A stretch of DNA of 48,887 bases. Source: Candidatus Magasanikiibacteriota bacterium (GTDB lineage: Bacteria > Patescibacteriota > Minisyncoccia > UBA6257 > GWB1-50-10). The stretch spans positions 3,759 to 52,645 of the forward strand of contig JBDGRM010000020.1 of NCBI GenBank assembly GCA_042218035.1. The letters run 5' to 3'. This document shows positions 17,534 to 26,396 of this stretch, in pieces (the stretch's first letter is position 1; every line of letters starts with the position of its first letter). Made by a program: the position numbers and the translations under genes. The notes beneath the pieces are model-generated. The model saw nothing but the letters and a program-made list of their open reading frames with translations, was not told the DNA's origin and did not search any database.

Positions 17534-17628
17534 AGCCAGGGCAGGATTTTAAAAAGGAGAGTAAAGGTGATTCAGTCTCTTTTAAAAGACCTAATACTAT
17601 TATATCACATTAAAATAAAATCACCCTC

Positions 17629-17979
17629 TTATTTTTTGTCTTCTTTTTTGCATTCTTTGCAAAGATGGGATTCCGGGTCTATCTTTATGATTTCGACCGG
17701 AATTGAGTTTCCACACTTTTTGCAATCTCCATATTCTCCTGCTTCAATTTTTTCTAAAGCTTTTTCAATATCTTCTAGCCTAGTTTCAAGATGACTTTTT
17801 ATTCCAAAGTAATGAGCATGTTCTTCAGATTCATCAGTAATTTCATCGCCTCCGTCCACATCATCTCCAAGGTCTGTCATGTCGTGAAGATGACTCAATA
17901 AATTTTCAACTTTCTCTTTTTCCTCATTGAGATGTTCTTTCACCTCCAAATTTTTTATTTGTTTTTCATTTAAACTCAT
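17629..17979 (-). CDS. DksA/TraR-family C4 zinc-finger protein
   Basis: C-terminal CKKCGNSIP...CKECKK zinc finger preceded by a coiled coil. I place the start at the ATG at 17979 (MSLNEKQIKNLE...) rather than the TTG at 18036 used in the track. Confidence 0.7.
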   Translation of the reverse strand: MSLNEKQIKNLEVKEHLNEEKEKVENLLSHLHDMTDLGDDVDGGDEITDESEEHAHYFGIKSHLETRLEDIEKALEKIEAGEYGDCKKCGNSIPVEIIKIDPESHLCKECKKEDKK

Positions 17980-18054
17980 AAATATTTTATATTTACTTGT
18001 AAATAAAGTATACATTAATAAGGATTGAATTTCCAAGATTGTGATTAAAAAAAT

Positions 18055-19140
18055 ATGAATATTTTAGCCATAGAAACATCGTGTGACGAAACCAGCCTAT
18101 CTGTAATTTGTGCAGAAGGCAAAATTAAAGATTTGCAATTTAAAATAGAGAACAACCTGGTAGCTTCTCAGGTTGAGGTTCATGAAGAATGGGGTGGGGT
18201 TGTGCCTCATTTAGCAACAAGAGAGCATGAGAAAAACTTGCCTATCCTTTTTAAGAAGTTGTTCGAGGACCCTCAAATTAATTTTGATGATATCGACAGG
18301 GTAGCAGTTACCGTGGGGCCGGGTTTGGATCCATGCCTGTGGGCCGGGATTAATTTTGCCAAAAAGGTAAAGAAAAAACATTTTTCTCAATCTGAACTTG
18401 TCGGGGTAAACCATTTAGAAGGTCACTTATATAGTTTTTTGCTTTCGCAAAAAACAAATAACAAATTTCAAACCCCAAACTCCAAAGAGCTCTTTCCAGC
18501 TGTTCATCTTCTTGTTTCCGGTGGGCATACGATTTTGTTTCTTATGGAATCTATGACTGAGGTTACAAAACTTGGAGAAACTCAAGATGATGCAGCGGGT
18601 GAAGCATTTGATAAAGTTGCAAGACTTCTTGGGTTAGGCTATCCGGGGGGGCCTGAAATTGAACGGACGGCTAAAGAGGGTGCTCCAGATTCAATTAATT
18701 TTCCTCGACCGATGATTCATTCCGGCGATTTCAATTTTAGTTTTTCTGGGCTCAAGACAGCAGTTCTTTATTACCTAAAAGAGAACTTTAAAGAGCTGAA
18801 AAAAGAAAATGTGAAATTCAATATGAAGAAAACTGAGAGACAGAATTTGGCTGCCAGCTTTCAGGAAGCCGTAATAGATACATTGGTTTCAAAAAATTTG
18901 CAGGCCCAAAAGGAGTTTTCCGCTAACTCAATAATGCTTTCTGGGGGAGTAGCGGCTAATTCGTGCCTTCAAGAAAAACTGAGAAGTGAGGCGGACAAAG
19001 AAGAAATAAGTTTTTACACTCCGCCGATAAAATATGATACCGATAATGCTGCTATGATTGCCGTAGCCTCTTATATAAATTATTTAGAAGGCAGAGAATA
19101 CAATTTAGAGTCCCAACCAAACCTAAATATAAGCAACTGA
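18055..19140 (+). CDS. tsaD: tRNA N6-adenosine threonylcarbamoyltransferase TsaD
   Basis: 361 aa. ILAIETSCDETS, VNHLEGH, GGVAAN and other Kae1/TsaD signatures. Ends in TGA. Confidence 0.92.
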   Translation: MNILAIETSCDETSLSVICAEGKIKDLQFKIENNLVASQVEVHEEWGGVVPHLATREHEKNLPILFKKLFEDPQINFDDIDRVAVTVGPGLDPCLWAGINFAKKVKKKHFSQSELVGVNHLEGHLYSFLLSQKTNNKFQTPNSKELFPAVHLLVSGGHTILFLMESMTEVTKLGETQDDAAGEAFDKVARLLGLGYPGGPEIERTAKEGAPDSINFPRPMIHSGDFNFSFSGLKTAVLYYLKENFKELKKENVKFNMKKTERQNLAASFQEAVIDTLVSKNLQAQKEFSANSIMLSGGVAANSCLQEKLRSEADKEEISFYTPPIKYDTDNAAMIAVASYINYLEGREYNLESQPNLNISN

Positions 19141-19297
19141 ATCTGTCATCTCAAAAATTTCGATTAAAGCAGACTAAGATAGTTTTAATATGCATGAAAC
19201 TTCACTTGTATTAGCTTTGGAAAAACAACTTTTAACCTTATAATCAATGTATACTTTTAGACCCCACCAATTAATTGCTAAATACTACAATTAAAAA

Positions 19298-21574
19298 ATG
19301 GACAAAAGATTTAACCACGAAGAGTTGGAAAAAAATATTTATAAAGCCTGGGAGAATTCTGGATATTTCAACCCAGATAAATGTGTAGAAGATGAAATTG
19401 CTTCAGAGAACGCTGATACCTTTTCCATGATTTTACCTCCTCCGAACGTCACGGGCACTCTTCATATGGGACATGCTGAAATGTTGGCAATTGAGGATAT
19501 CCTTACTAGATATCATAGAATGACAGGCAAAAAAACTTTGTGGATTCCGGGCACTGACCATGCTGCTATAGCAACTCAGTCAAAGGTAGAAAAAAAATTA
19601 CATGAAGAAGGGGGAAAAACAAGGTATGACCTCGGAAGAGATAAATTTTTGGAAAAGGTACAAGAGTTTGCAAAAGATTCTCAAGAAACCATTATAACCC
19701 AAACTAAAAAAATAGGAGCCAGCCTTGATTGGAGTCGCCAAGCCTATACCTTGGATAAAGAACGAAACAAGGCAGTAAAAACAGCTTTTAAGGAAATGTA
19801 CGAAGAGGGGCTTATTTACAGAGCTGACAGAGTAATTAATTGGGACCCAAAAGGGCAGACAGTGGTTTCTGATGATGAGGTGGAATATGAAGAGGTGGAA
19901 GGCAAGCTTTACACCTTTAAATATTCTGAAGACTTTCCTTTTGCAATTAGCACTACTCGACCTGAGACAAAGCTGGGAGATACAGCTGTAGCTGTTCATC
20001 CTGAAGATGAGAGATATTCTGAATATGTAGGAAAAGAATATCAAATAAAATTTCTAGGGAAAGAAAGGACAATTGAAGTGGTTGCTGATGAGAAAATTGA
20101 TCCTGAATTTGGCACTGGAGCAGTAGGAATTACTCCTGCTCACTCTCATGATGACTATGACATTGCTCGCAGACACAATCTGGAACTTGATCAAATAATA
20201 AACGAACAAGGTGAATTAATGACAGGTGAAGAGATAGGAGTAAAAGGTAAAAGCACTCAAAGAGCAAGAGAAATTATAGTGGATGAGCTGAAAGATAGAG
20301 GGCTGATGGAAAAAGTAGAAGAAATAGAACAATCTATAGGGAAGGCCGAAAGGAGTGGAGGTGTAATTGAGCCGCTACCAAAGCTGCAGTGGTTCATTGA
20401 TGTGGAGAAAAAATTCAAACTTGGTCCAAATTCTATTAACGGAGTTGAGTCGGACGAAAAAGTGAGCCTTAAAGAGCTTATGCAGAAAGTAGTGGAAAAC
20501 AGCCAAATTGATATTTTACCTGAAAGGTTTGAGAAAATTTATTTCCACTGGATAGATAATTTAAGAGATTGGTGCATAAGTAGACAAATTTGGTTTGGCC
20601 ACCGTATTCCGGTGTGGTATTGCCAAGAACCCGAAGGTAAAACCCAAGCCGAGGAAAACTCCGATTCAGAACAAGCACAGTTTAGAAAATCTAAATTAAA
20701 AGAAAATAAAGAAAGTAAATGCTTGGAACCGATTGTTGCAGTCGAGGAACCTAAAAGTTGCCCCCACTGTGGAGGACAAGTCCGGCAGGACCTCGACACC
20801 TTGGATACTTGGTTCTCTTCAGGTCTTTGGACATTTTCAACTCTAGGCTGGCCTTCAGAAACAGAAGACCTCCAAAACTTTCATCCCACGAACGTGCTCG
20901 AAACAGGATACGATATTCTTTTCTTTTGGGTGGCTCGCATGATTCTTATGTCCACTTTCCTTTTAGGGGAAGTTCCGTTCAAAAATGTTTATCTCCACGG
21001 TATGGTTTTGGACAGCCAGGGAGATAAAATGTCTAAGTCAAAGGGCAACATCATAGACCCGGTGGATATGATTGAAAAGTATGGAGCCGATGCAACTCGG
21101 TTTAGCCTTATAATAGGCACGGGCCCCGGAAGTGATGTTAATATTTCAGAAGAAAAAGTGGAGTCATATCATAAATTAACTACAAAGATTTGGAATGTAG
21201 CTCGGTTTCTGAATATGAATAAAAAAGAAGTGGGTGATATAGAGATAGAGGGCGAGGATCAGAAAATATTCGAAAAATTTCAAGAAAAGAAAAGAAAAGT
21301 GGGAGAAAATATAGAAAATTATGAATTCCATCTCGGAGCTGAAAATGGATACCATTTCTTTTGGGATGATTTTGCTAATGGAGTCCTTGAGGATGTAAAA
21401 CCGAGAATGTTTTCAGATGACACAACAGAAAGTAAAAAAGCATACAAAGTACTCTCTAAAAGCTTTTTAGAGTGCCTAAAAATGCTTCATCCTTTTATCC
21501 CTTATGTTACTGAGGAAATATACCAACGTCTTGAATTGGGAGAAGAAGAGTTTCTTATGGTAGAGGAATGGTAA
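19298..21574 (+). CDS. valS: Valyl-tRNA synthetase (short form, no C-terminal coiled coil)
   Basis: 758 aa. PPPNVTGTLHMGHA (HIGH), KMSKSKGN, and a CP1 editing-domain layout. Confidence 0.93.
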   Translation: MDKRFNHEELEKNIYKAWENSGYFNPDKCVEDEIASENADTFSMILPPPNVTGTLHMGHAEMLAIEDILTRYHRMTGKKTLWIPGTDHAAIATQSKVEKKLHEEGGKTRYDLGRDKFLEKVQEFAKDSQETIITQTKKIGASLDWSRQAYTLDKERNKAVKTAFKEMYEEGLIYRADRVINWDPKGQTVVSDDEVEYEEVEGKLYTFKYSEDFPFAISTTRPETKLGDTAVAVHPEDERYSEYVGKEYQIKFLGKERTIEVVADEKIDPEFGTGAVGITPAHSHDDYDIARRHNLELDQIINEQGELMTGEEIGVKGKSTQRAREIIVDELKDRGLMEKVEEIEQSIGKAERSGGVIEPLPKLQWFIDVEKKFKLGPNSINGVESDEKVSLKELMQKVVENSQIDILPERFEKIYFHWIDNLRDWCISRQIWFGHRIPVWYCQEPEGKTQAEENSDSEQAQFRKSKLKENKESKCLEPIVAVEEPKSCPHCGGQVRQDLDTLDTWFSSGLWTFSTLGWPSETEDLQNFHPTNVLETGYDILFFWVARMILMSTFLLGEVPFKNVYLHGMVLDSQGDKMSKSKGNIIDPVDMIEKYGADATRFSLIIGTGPGSDVNISEEKVESYHKLTTKIWNVARFLNMNKKEVGDIEIEGEDQKIFEKFQEKKRKVGENIENYEFHLGAENGYHFFWDDFANGVLEDVKPRMFSDDTTESKKAYKVLSKSFLECLKMLHPFIPYVTEEIYQRLELGEEEFLMVEEW

Positions 21575-21582
21575 TTTAAGAT

Positions 21583-22290
21583 ATGTTCTTTATTTCTTTA
21601 ATTTTTATAATTCTTGCAGCGATTGCTCCAGGACTTGCCTGGCTGATATTTTTTCTTCGGGAAGATGTTCACCCTGAACCGAGAAAATTTATTGCCTACA
21701 CCTTTGGAATGGGCGGAATTTTAAGTGTGCCTATTGTTGTAATTCAAGTTCTCGGCAGAGGTGTTATATTTTCATTTTTCCCCAGTGTAGTTGTGATGAT
21801 TTTGTTTTTAGCTCTTATAGAAGAACTGTTTAAGTTGTTAGCAGTATATTTTTCCGTCGGTAATACTTCCGCTTTGAGTGAACCTGTGGATTTTATGATT
21901 TATATGATAGTGGCCTCTTTAGGACTGGCTACGGTAGAGAACTTTTTTATACTCTCTGACTTCCTTTCTTCTTTTGGTGTAGAAACAATGAAGAGAGCTG
22001 GAGATGTCATGGCTTTGCGATTTGTAGGAGCAACGTTTTTGCATGCTCTCGCTTCGGGTATTGTAGGTTTTTATTGGGCTAAATATCGAATTGAAAGTAC
22101 TAAAAAATATCTTTTCTTTGGTATAGTTTTTGCTACCTTATTACACTCTGCATTTAATTATCTGGTTATAACTTTTCAAGAGAGCAATTTTCTTATATAC
22201 CCCAGTATCTTGCTTATTTTTGCCAGTGTTTTCTTGTTTAAGGACTTTGAAAAATTAAGGTCAGCTTCAAGGAAGGATGTAGAGGTATAG
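21583..22290 (+). CDS. PrsW-family intramembrane metalloprotease
   Basis: 235 aa, polytopic. The EELFK and FLHALASG motifs are typical of PrsW. Confidence 0.7.
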   Translation: MFFISLIFIILAAIAPGLAWLIFFLREDVHPEPRKFIAYTFGMGGILSVPIVVIQVLGRGVIFSFFPSVVVMILFLALIEELFKLLAVYFSVGNTSALSEPVDFMIYMIVASLGLATVENFFILSDFLSSFGVETMKRAGDVMALRFVGATFLHALASGIVGFYWAKYRIESTKKYLFFGIVFATLLHSAFNYLVITFQESNFLIYPSILLIFASVFLFKDFEKLRSASRKDVEV

Positions 22291-22358
22291 TTTTTTGTTA
22301 CAAAAATATAGCCTATAATAAAAAGGAAGAAAAAGTATTAATAAATAAACACAAAAAA

Positions 22359-22796
22359 ATGAGCGAAGAAAAACAAGATGACAAAAACGTTTTTTTGCAA
22401 CTTGCCGATTCAAAAGAAGAAGCTGATTTTGATTCTGAAGATGTTGAGGAGGAACCTAAAAAAGGCCAACTTACAGTTGATGTATTTAAAAAAGACAACC
22501 AAGTAATAGTAGAATCCGCAATAGCGGGAATTGACCCGGATGATTTAGATATCAGTATTACTGATGAATCAGTAACGATAAAAGGAGAACGAAGCAGAGA
22601 CTATGAGGTTGAAGATGAAAACTTTTTCTACCAAGAATGCTTTTGGGGAGAATTTAGTAGGTCCATTATTCTTCCTGAAGAGATAGACCCTGAAGAAGCT
22701 GAAGCCACTTTTTCTAATAATGGAATCTTAACCATAAAACTTCCTGTTCTAAAAAAAGGGAGCTCTACCACATTGGAGGTAAAAACTGACGAATAA
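22359..22796 (+). CDS. Hsp20/alpha-crystallin small heat-shock protein
   Basis: 145 aa. Alpha-crystallin domain pattern (LTVDVFKKDN..., F.R.I.LP..ID, ILTIKLP). Confidence 0.85.
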   Translation: MSEEKQDDKNVFLQLADSKEEADFDSEDVEEEPKKGQLTVDVFKKDNQVIVESAIAGIDPDDLDISITDESVTIKGERSRDYEVEDENFFYQECFWGEFSRSIILPEEIDPEEAEATFSNNGILTIKLPVLKKGSSTTLEVKTDE

Positions 22797-22802
22797 AATT
22801 AC

Positions 22803-23072
22803 TTAATAACGTATTTCAAAATCTTCATAATCTTGAATCCCTCCTTCCTCTTTTTCTATACGTTTTACTCTTGCAAAGCTCGGTCCTTCCTTGCACCATT
22901 CTATAAATTTATCTACCTTTTCTGGCTCACCTTCTACTTCAGTATATACTGATCCATCTTCTTTGTTTTTTACAAAACCTGAAACGCCTAATTTATCAGC
23001 GGTTCTTTTGGTGTTAAATCGAAATCCAACACCTTGTACTTTCCCGAAAATTTTTATGTCGTAATGAATCAT
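22803..23072 (-). CDS. acyP: Acylphosphatase
   Basis: 89 aa. The GKVQGVGFR motif and size fit acylphosphatase. Confidence 0.85.
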   Translation of the reverse strand: MIHYDIKIFGKVQGVGFRFNTKRTADKLGVSGFVKNKEDGSVYTEVEGEPEKVDKFIEWCKEGPSFARVKRIEKEEGGIQDYEDFEIRY

Positions 23073-23162
23073 AATTCTGTTTATTACCTTTTTATTCTAA
23101 TAATATTCCAAACTAGTATAAAGAATTTTTGACTCCTAACAAAAACTAAACTAAAATTTAAA

Positions 23163-23187
23163 TACCGCCTTGTAAGGGCGGATTTTT
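23163..23187 (+). promoter_or_regulatory. Terminator-like hairpin plus U-run in the nusA 5' leader (possible attenuator)
   Basis: CCGCCTT-GTA-AAGGGCGG followed by ATTTTT, 25 nt upstream of the nusA start. No upstream + strand gene needs a terminator here. Confidence 0.4.
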
Positions 23188-23211
23188 AAATATTTAAACC
23201 AAAAAAGCAAT

Positions 23212-24474
23212 ATGAAAATGGATCTCAAAAAGTTATCCTCTGCTATGAAGCAGATTGCACATAACAGGGGAATTTCTGAAGATAAGGTGAACAAAGCAAT
23301 TGAGTCTGCTCTTGCCAGCGCATACAAAAAGGAGTATAGATCGGATTCTGAAAAAGTAGATGCTGATTTTGATCCGGAAACCGGGGAGGTTGAATTTTAT
23401 TTGGAAAAAGAAGTAGTAAGACCCGAAGAAGTTTGGATTCCGGGGGATGACAGCGAAGAGGACAAAGAGAAAAAAGAAGAAAAGTTAGGCAGAAAGGTAA
23501 AGCGATATGATGATAATCGACACATTTTACTTGAAGAGGCCCAAGAAGAAAAACCTGAAGCGGAATCGGGAGATAAAATTAGATTTCCTCTTGAGACAAA
23601 AGAGGAATTTGGGCGAATTGCCTCTCAGACAGCCAAACAGGTTATCATTCAAAAAGTGAGGGAAGCTGAAAGAGATTCTATAAAAGAAGAATACAAAAAG
23701 AAAGAAGGCCAAATAGTTTCCGGAGTAGTTCAAAGAAAAGAAAAAGGCCATGTATATGTAGATTTAGATAGAACCATGGGTATAATGTTTGAAAATGAGT
23801 CAATACCCGGTGAAAAATATGATTCGGGCCAGAGGCTCCGATTTTATGTAATGTCCGTTCAGGAAGAAACAAAGAAACGGCCGGGCGTGATACTCTCTAG
23901 AGCCCACCCCAAATTCGTAGTCCGGCTTTTTGAACTAGAGGTTCCTGAAATTGCTGAAGATACAGTTGAAATTGAAAAAATAGCTCGAGAAGCAGGCAGT
24001 CGAACAAAAATAGCTGTTAGCTCTAATGAGGAAGGTATTGATCCAGTCGGTTCTGCAGTTGGCCAAAGAGGGGCTCGCATTATGGCAGTTATAAATGAAC
24101 TCGGCAATGAAAAAATTGATGTAGTCGAATACAGTGAAGAACCAAAAGAATACATTGCTAATGCTATGTCTCCTGCAAAAGTAAAACTGGTTGAAATTGA
24201 AAGCTCCAGAAAAGCAACCGTACTAGTGGAAGAAGACCAGCTCAGCCTAGCAATCGGTAAGGGAGGACAAAACGTACGCCTGGCAGCAAAACTTACAGGC
24301 TGGAAAATTGACGTAAAATCTCAGGAGGAACCTGATGAAGTAGTAGAGAGTGTTGGAGCTGAAGAGCAAGAGCCACAAAAAGAAGAAAACGAAAAAACTG
24401 ACCAAGAAAAAGAAGGACAGGAGGAAGAAGAAAAAGAGAGGGAAGACCTTAACGTGGAAGATTCAGAAGAATAA
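23212..24474 (+). CDS. nusA: Transcription termination/antitermination factor NusA (acidic C-terminal tail)
   Basis: 420 aa. N-terminal domain, S1 (GQIVSGVVQRKEKGHVYVDL) and two KH domains (GSAVGQRGARI; AIGKGGQNVRLA). Confidence 0.93.
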   Translation: MKMDLKKLSSAMKQIAHNRGISEDKVNKAIESALASAYKKEYRSDSEKVDADFDPETGEVEFYLEKEVVRPEEVWIPGDDSEEDKEKKEEKLGRKVKRYDDNRHILLEEAQEEKPEAESGDKIRFPLETKEEFGRIASQTAKQVIIQKVREAERDSIKEEYKKKEGQIVSGVVQRKEKGHVYVDLDRTMGIMFENESIPGEKYDSGQRLRFYVMSVQEETKKRPGVILSRAHPKFVVRLFELEVPEIAEDTVEIEKIAREAGSRTKIAVSSNEEGIDPVGSAVGQRGARIMAVINELGNEKIDVVEYSEEPKEYIANAMSPAKVKLVEIESSRKATVLVEEDQLSLAIGKGGQNVRLAAKLTGWKIDVKSQEEPDEVVESVGAEEQEPQKEENEKTDQEKEGQEEEEKEREDLNVEDSEE

Positions 24475-24524
24475 AACCAAGACATTTTAAATTTAATTTA
24501 AAATATTAAATAGAAAGATAAACT

Positions 24525-25067
24525 ATGTCTCAACAAGACAAATTTTCTCATATACCACCGGGAGATGATATCCCCAATGAAATTCATGCCATAATTGAAA
24601 TTCCAAAAGGAAGCAGAAACAAATATGAATATGATGAAGATTTGGGAGTTTTTAAACTGGATAGAGTTTTGTATTCACCAATGCATTATCCGGTCGATTA
24701 CGGACTTATCCCGCAAACCCTTTCCGAAGATGGAGACCATTTGGACACATTAGTTCTCGGTTCAAATTCTACCTTCCCAGGGTGCTTGGTAGAGGCTCGG
24801 CCTTTGGGGCTGTTTAAAATGATCGATGATGGAGATGAAGACTTTAAGGTCTTGAGTGTCCAAACTGAAAATCCTCGCTTTGAAGAGGTTAACTCCTTAG
24901 AAGATATAAGAAATTACAAACCCCACCTTTTAGAAGAGGTCTCCCATTTTTTTGAAACATATAAAGATTTAGAAGACAAGAATGTTGAAGTAAAAGGGTG
25001 GAGGGGTAAACAAAAAGCCTTTCAAGAGATAGAAAAATCAATAGAAAATTACAAGGCCGAACATTAA
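24525..25067 (+). CDS. ppa: Inorganic pyrophosphatase (family I)
   Basis: 180 aa. IEIPKGSRNKYEYD and DGDHLDTLVL are family I PPase signatures. Confidence 0.93.
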   Translation: MSQQDKFSHIPPGDDIPNEIHAIIEIPKGSRNKYEYDEDLGVFKLDRVLYSPMHYPVDYGLIPQTLSEDGDHLDTLVLGSNSTFPGCLVEARPLGLFKMIDDGDEDFKVLSVQTENPRFEEVNSLEDIRNYKPHLLEEVSHFFETYKDLEDKNVEVKGWRGKQKAFQEIEKSIENYKAEH

Positions 25068-25094
25068 AATTCAACCCTTCTGAAAATAAAAAGG

Positions 25095-25126
25095 CCCGGC
25101 CCTCTTGAAGGCCGGGTTTTTGTTTT
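25095..25126. terminator. Bidirectional terminator between ppa and the Nudix gene
   Basis: CCCGGCC-N8-GGCCGGG, flanked by an A-run (upstream) and TTTTTGTTTT (downstream). Confidence 0.8.
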
Positions 25127-25136
25127 GAGACAGAAT

Positions 25137-25649
25137 TTACAACAAGTTTGGAAATGCCTTTTTTAATACCTTCTCGTGCGAAGTGAGGATTTTGTTTCTT
25201 TCGATGAGTTCTTTAATATCTTTCAGACTTGCTAGCTTAATTTCTTCAACCTCTTCATTCTTTTTTATCTTTTTTGGATGAACCGCAGAGGTCAAAAAAC
25301 AAACAAAATCATGATCACTTTTTTCAATTGTCTCTACCCAATCTGTTACTTTTACCTTAGCTCCCAATTCTTCATTAATCTCCCTCACTAATGTTTCCGT
25401 TTCATCCTCCCCTCTTTTTTGTCTTCCACCCGGTAACTTCCAATAAGAATTCTTATATTCTATCCCCCGTTCAGGATCACTACCTTCTTTTATTAATAAA
25501 ATAAAGTAATCTCCCTCTTTGATAACGGGTACTATCCCAAAGGCGGCCCAATCACTATTACTTGTAATTTCCATGGCAAGGGCAGGGAAGTTTATTTTTT
25601 TTTGTGAGAATACTGACTTTAATTTATAACAAAAATTAGAATTTGTCAA
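25137..25649 (-). CDS. Nudix hydrolase
   Basis: Nudix box GGRQKRGEDETETLVREINEELG. The true start may be the internal Met (MEITSN..., ~25574). Confidence 0.8.
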   Translation of the reverse strand: MTNSNFCYKLKSVFSQKKINFPALAMEITSNSDWAAFGIVPVIKEGDYFILLIKEGSDPERGIEYKNSYWKLPGGRQKRGEDETETLVREINEELGAKVKVTDWVETIEKSDHDFVCFLTSAVHPKKIKKNEEVEEIKLASLKDIKELIERNKILTSHEKVLKKAFPNLL

Positions 25650-25842
25650 TAAAATATCACAAACACATTAACTTGTTTGACATTAAATTTAAAAATTTTT
25701 TGCAAAATTAAACAATTATTTTTTTAAAAAACAAGTTTCACCTTTTTTCTTTTTTTAATTTTCTTTGTTAAATATAGATAATTCATTGATATTCTCGTAT
25801 AAAAAAATATTAGATTCTTAACCAACCCTATTTATATGATTT

Positions 25843-25874
25843 AAGATTTAATAATTATAAGATTTAATAATTAA
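25843..25874. repeat. Tandem AT-only 16-bp repeat (AAGATTTAATAATTA x2)
   Basis: AAGATTTAATAATTA occurs at 25843..25857 and again at 25859..25873, separated by one T. Confidence 0.85.
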
Positions 25875-25884
25875 ATTAATTTTC

Positions 25885-26154
25885 AAAAAAATGTTTCGAG
25901 CGAAACATTTTTTTCGGTTCTGATAAGTAGAATTGTTTCAAAAAAACATTTTAGCTTTAAAATAAAATCAAATTGTTTAGCTCGAAACATTTTTATGGGA
26001 GAGTTGGGTAAAATTGTTTCAAAAAAACATTATTTTTCGATTGAGGGGTTGAATGTTTCAAAAAAACATTCATTTTAGTCTAAATTAAAGAAAATTGTTT
26101 CAAAAAAACATGTTTTCCACAGATTTAGACAAGAATGTTTCGCAATGTTTCGAT
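25885..26154. repeat. Array of seven palindromic 16-20-bp repeats (core TGTTTC-N4-GAAACA) in a ~40-bp register
   Basis: Copies:
- 25891..25908 ATGTTTCGAGCGAAACAT
- 25931..25950 AATTGTTTCAAAAAAACATT
- 25971..25990 AATTGTTTAGCTCGAAACAT
- 26012..26031 and 26051..26070
- 26093..26112
- 26133..26154 (two direct half-sites AATGTTTCG)
The TGTTT start positions are spaced 42, 40, 41, 39, 42 and 40 bp apart. Confidence 0.9.
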
Positions 26155-26167
26155 GATTTGTCAACTA

Positions 26168-26252
26168 AATTAAGCAATTTTTCCAATAAACTTAAAGTTA
26201 AGAGGCCTTTGTTAGCAAATTTTTTGACTTTAATTTTAAAAATTGCTTAATT
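26168..26252. repeat. 15-bp inverted repeat (AATTAAGCAATTTTT / AAAAATTGCTTAATT) with 55-bp spacer
   Basis: Arms at 26168..26182 and 26238..26252 are perfect reverse complements. Confidence 0.8.
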
Positions 26253-26316
26253 ATAAGAACTTGCTACCCCTGTTATATACCACCTTGAAAAACCTCTAAC
26301 TTGACTAAAACTTAGT

Positions 26317-26345
26317 TTGACAGTATTAAATAATAGTTATAAAAT
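26317..26345 (+). promoter_or_regulatory. Near-consensus sigma-70 promoter for the GC-rich ORFan
   Basis: TTGACA (26317..26322), a 17-nt spacer, then TAAAAT (26340..26345). It lies about 50 nt upstream of the ATG at 26397. Confidence 0.55.
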
Positions 26346-26396
26346 TATAATTAGTAACTTCTCAATAATTTTCCCTGCAAACCATTTTTATCACCC

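Noticed and set aside
19298-21574. ValRS lacking the usual C-terminal coiled-coil domain and carrying an acidic insertion with a CPHCGG motif, as a possible novelty
   Set aside because: Truncated or rearranged aaRS appendages are, as far as I recall, common in reduced genomes. The catalytic and anticodon-binding motifs look intact. Without alignments I cannot show this is unusual for the lineage.
26113-26121. A DnaA box (TTTTCCACA) implying a chromosomal oriC
   Set aside because: This is a single near-consensus 9-mer in a very AT-rich 750-bp region and could occur by chance. There is no cluster of boxes and no dnaA or dnaN nearby. I kept it only as a minor supporting note under the repeat-array finding.
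25885-26154. A CRISPR array as the explanation for the regularly spaced repeats
   Set aside because: The repeats are only ~16-20 bp with ~20-bp spacers, far below known CRISPR dimensions. The spacers are partly related to each other (a 120-bp super-repeat). The repeat sequence drifts between copies. No cas genes are in the window.
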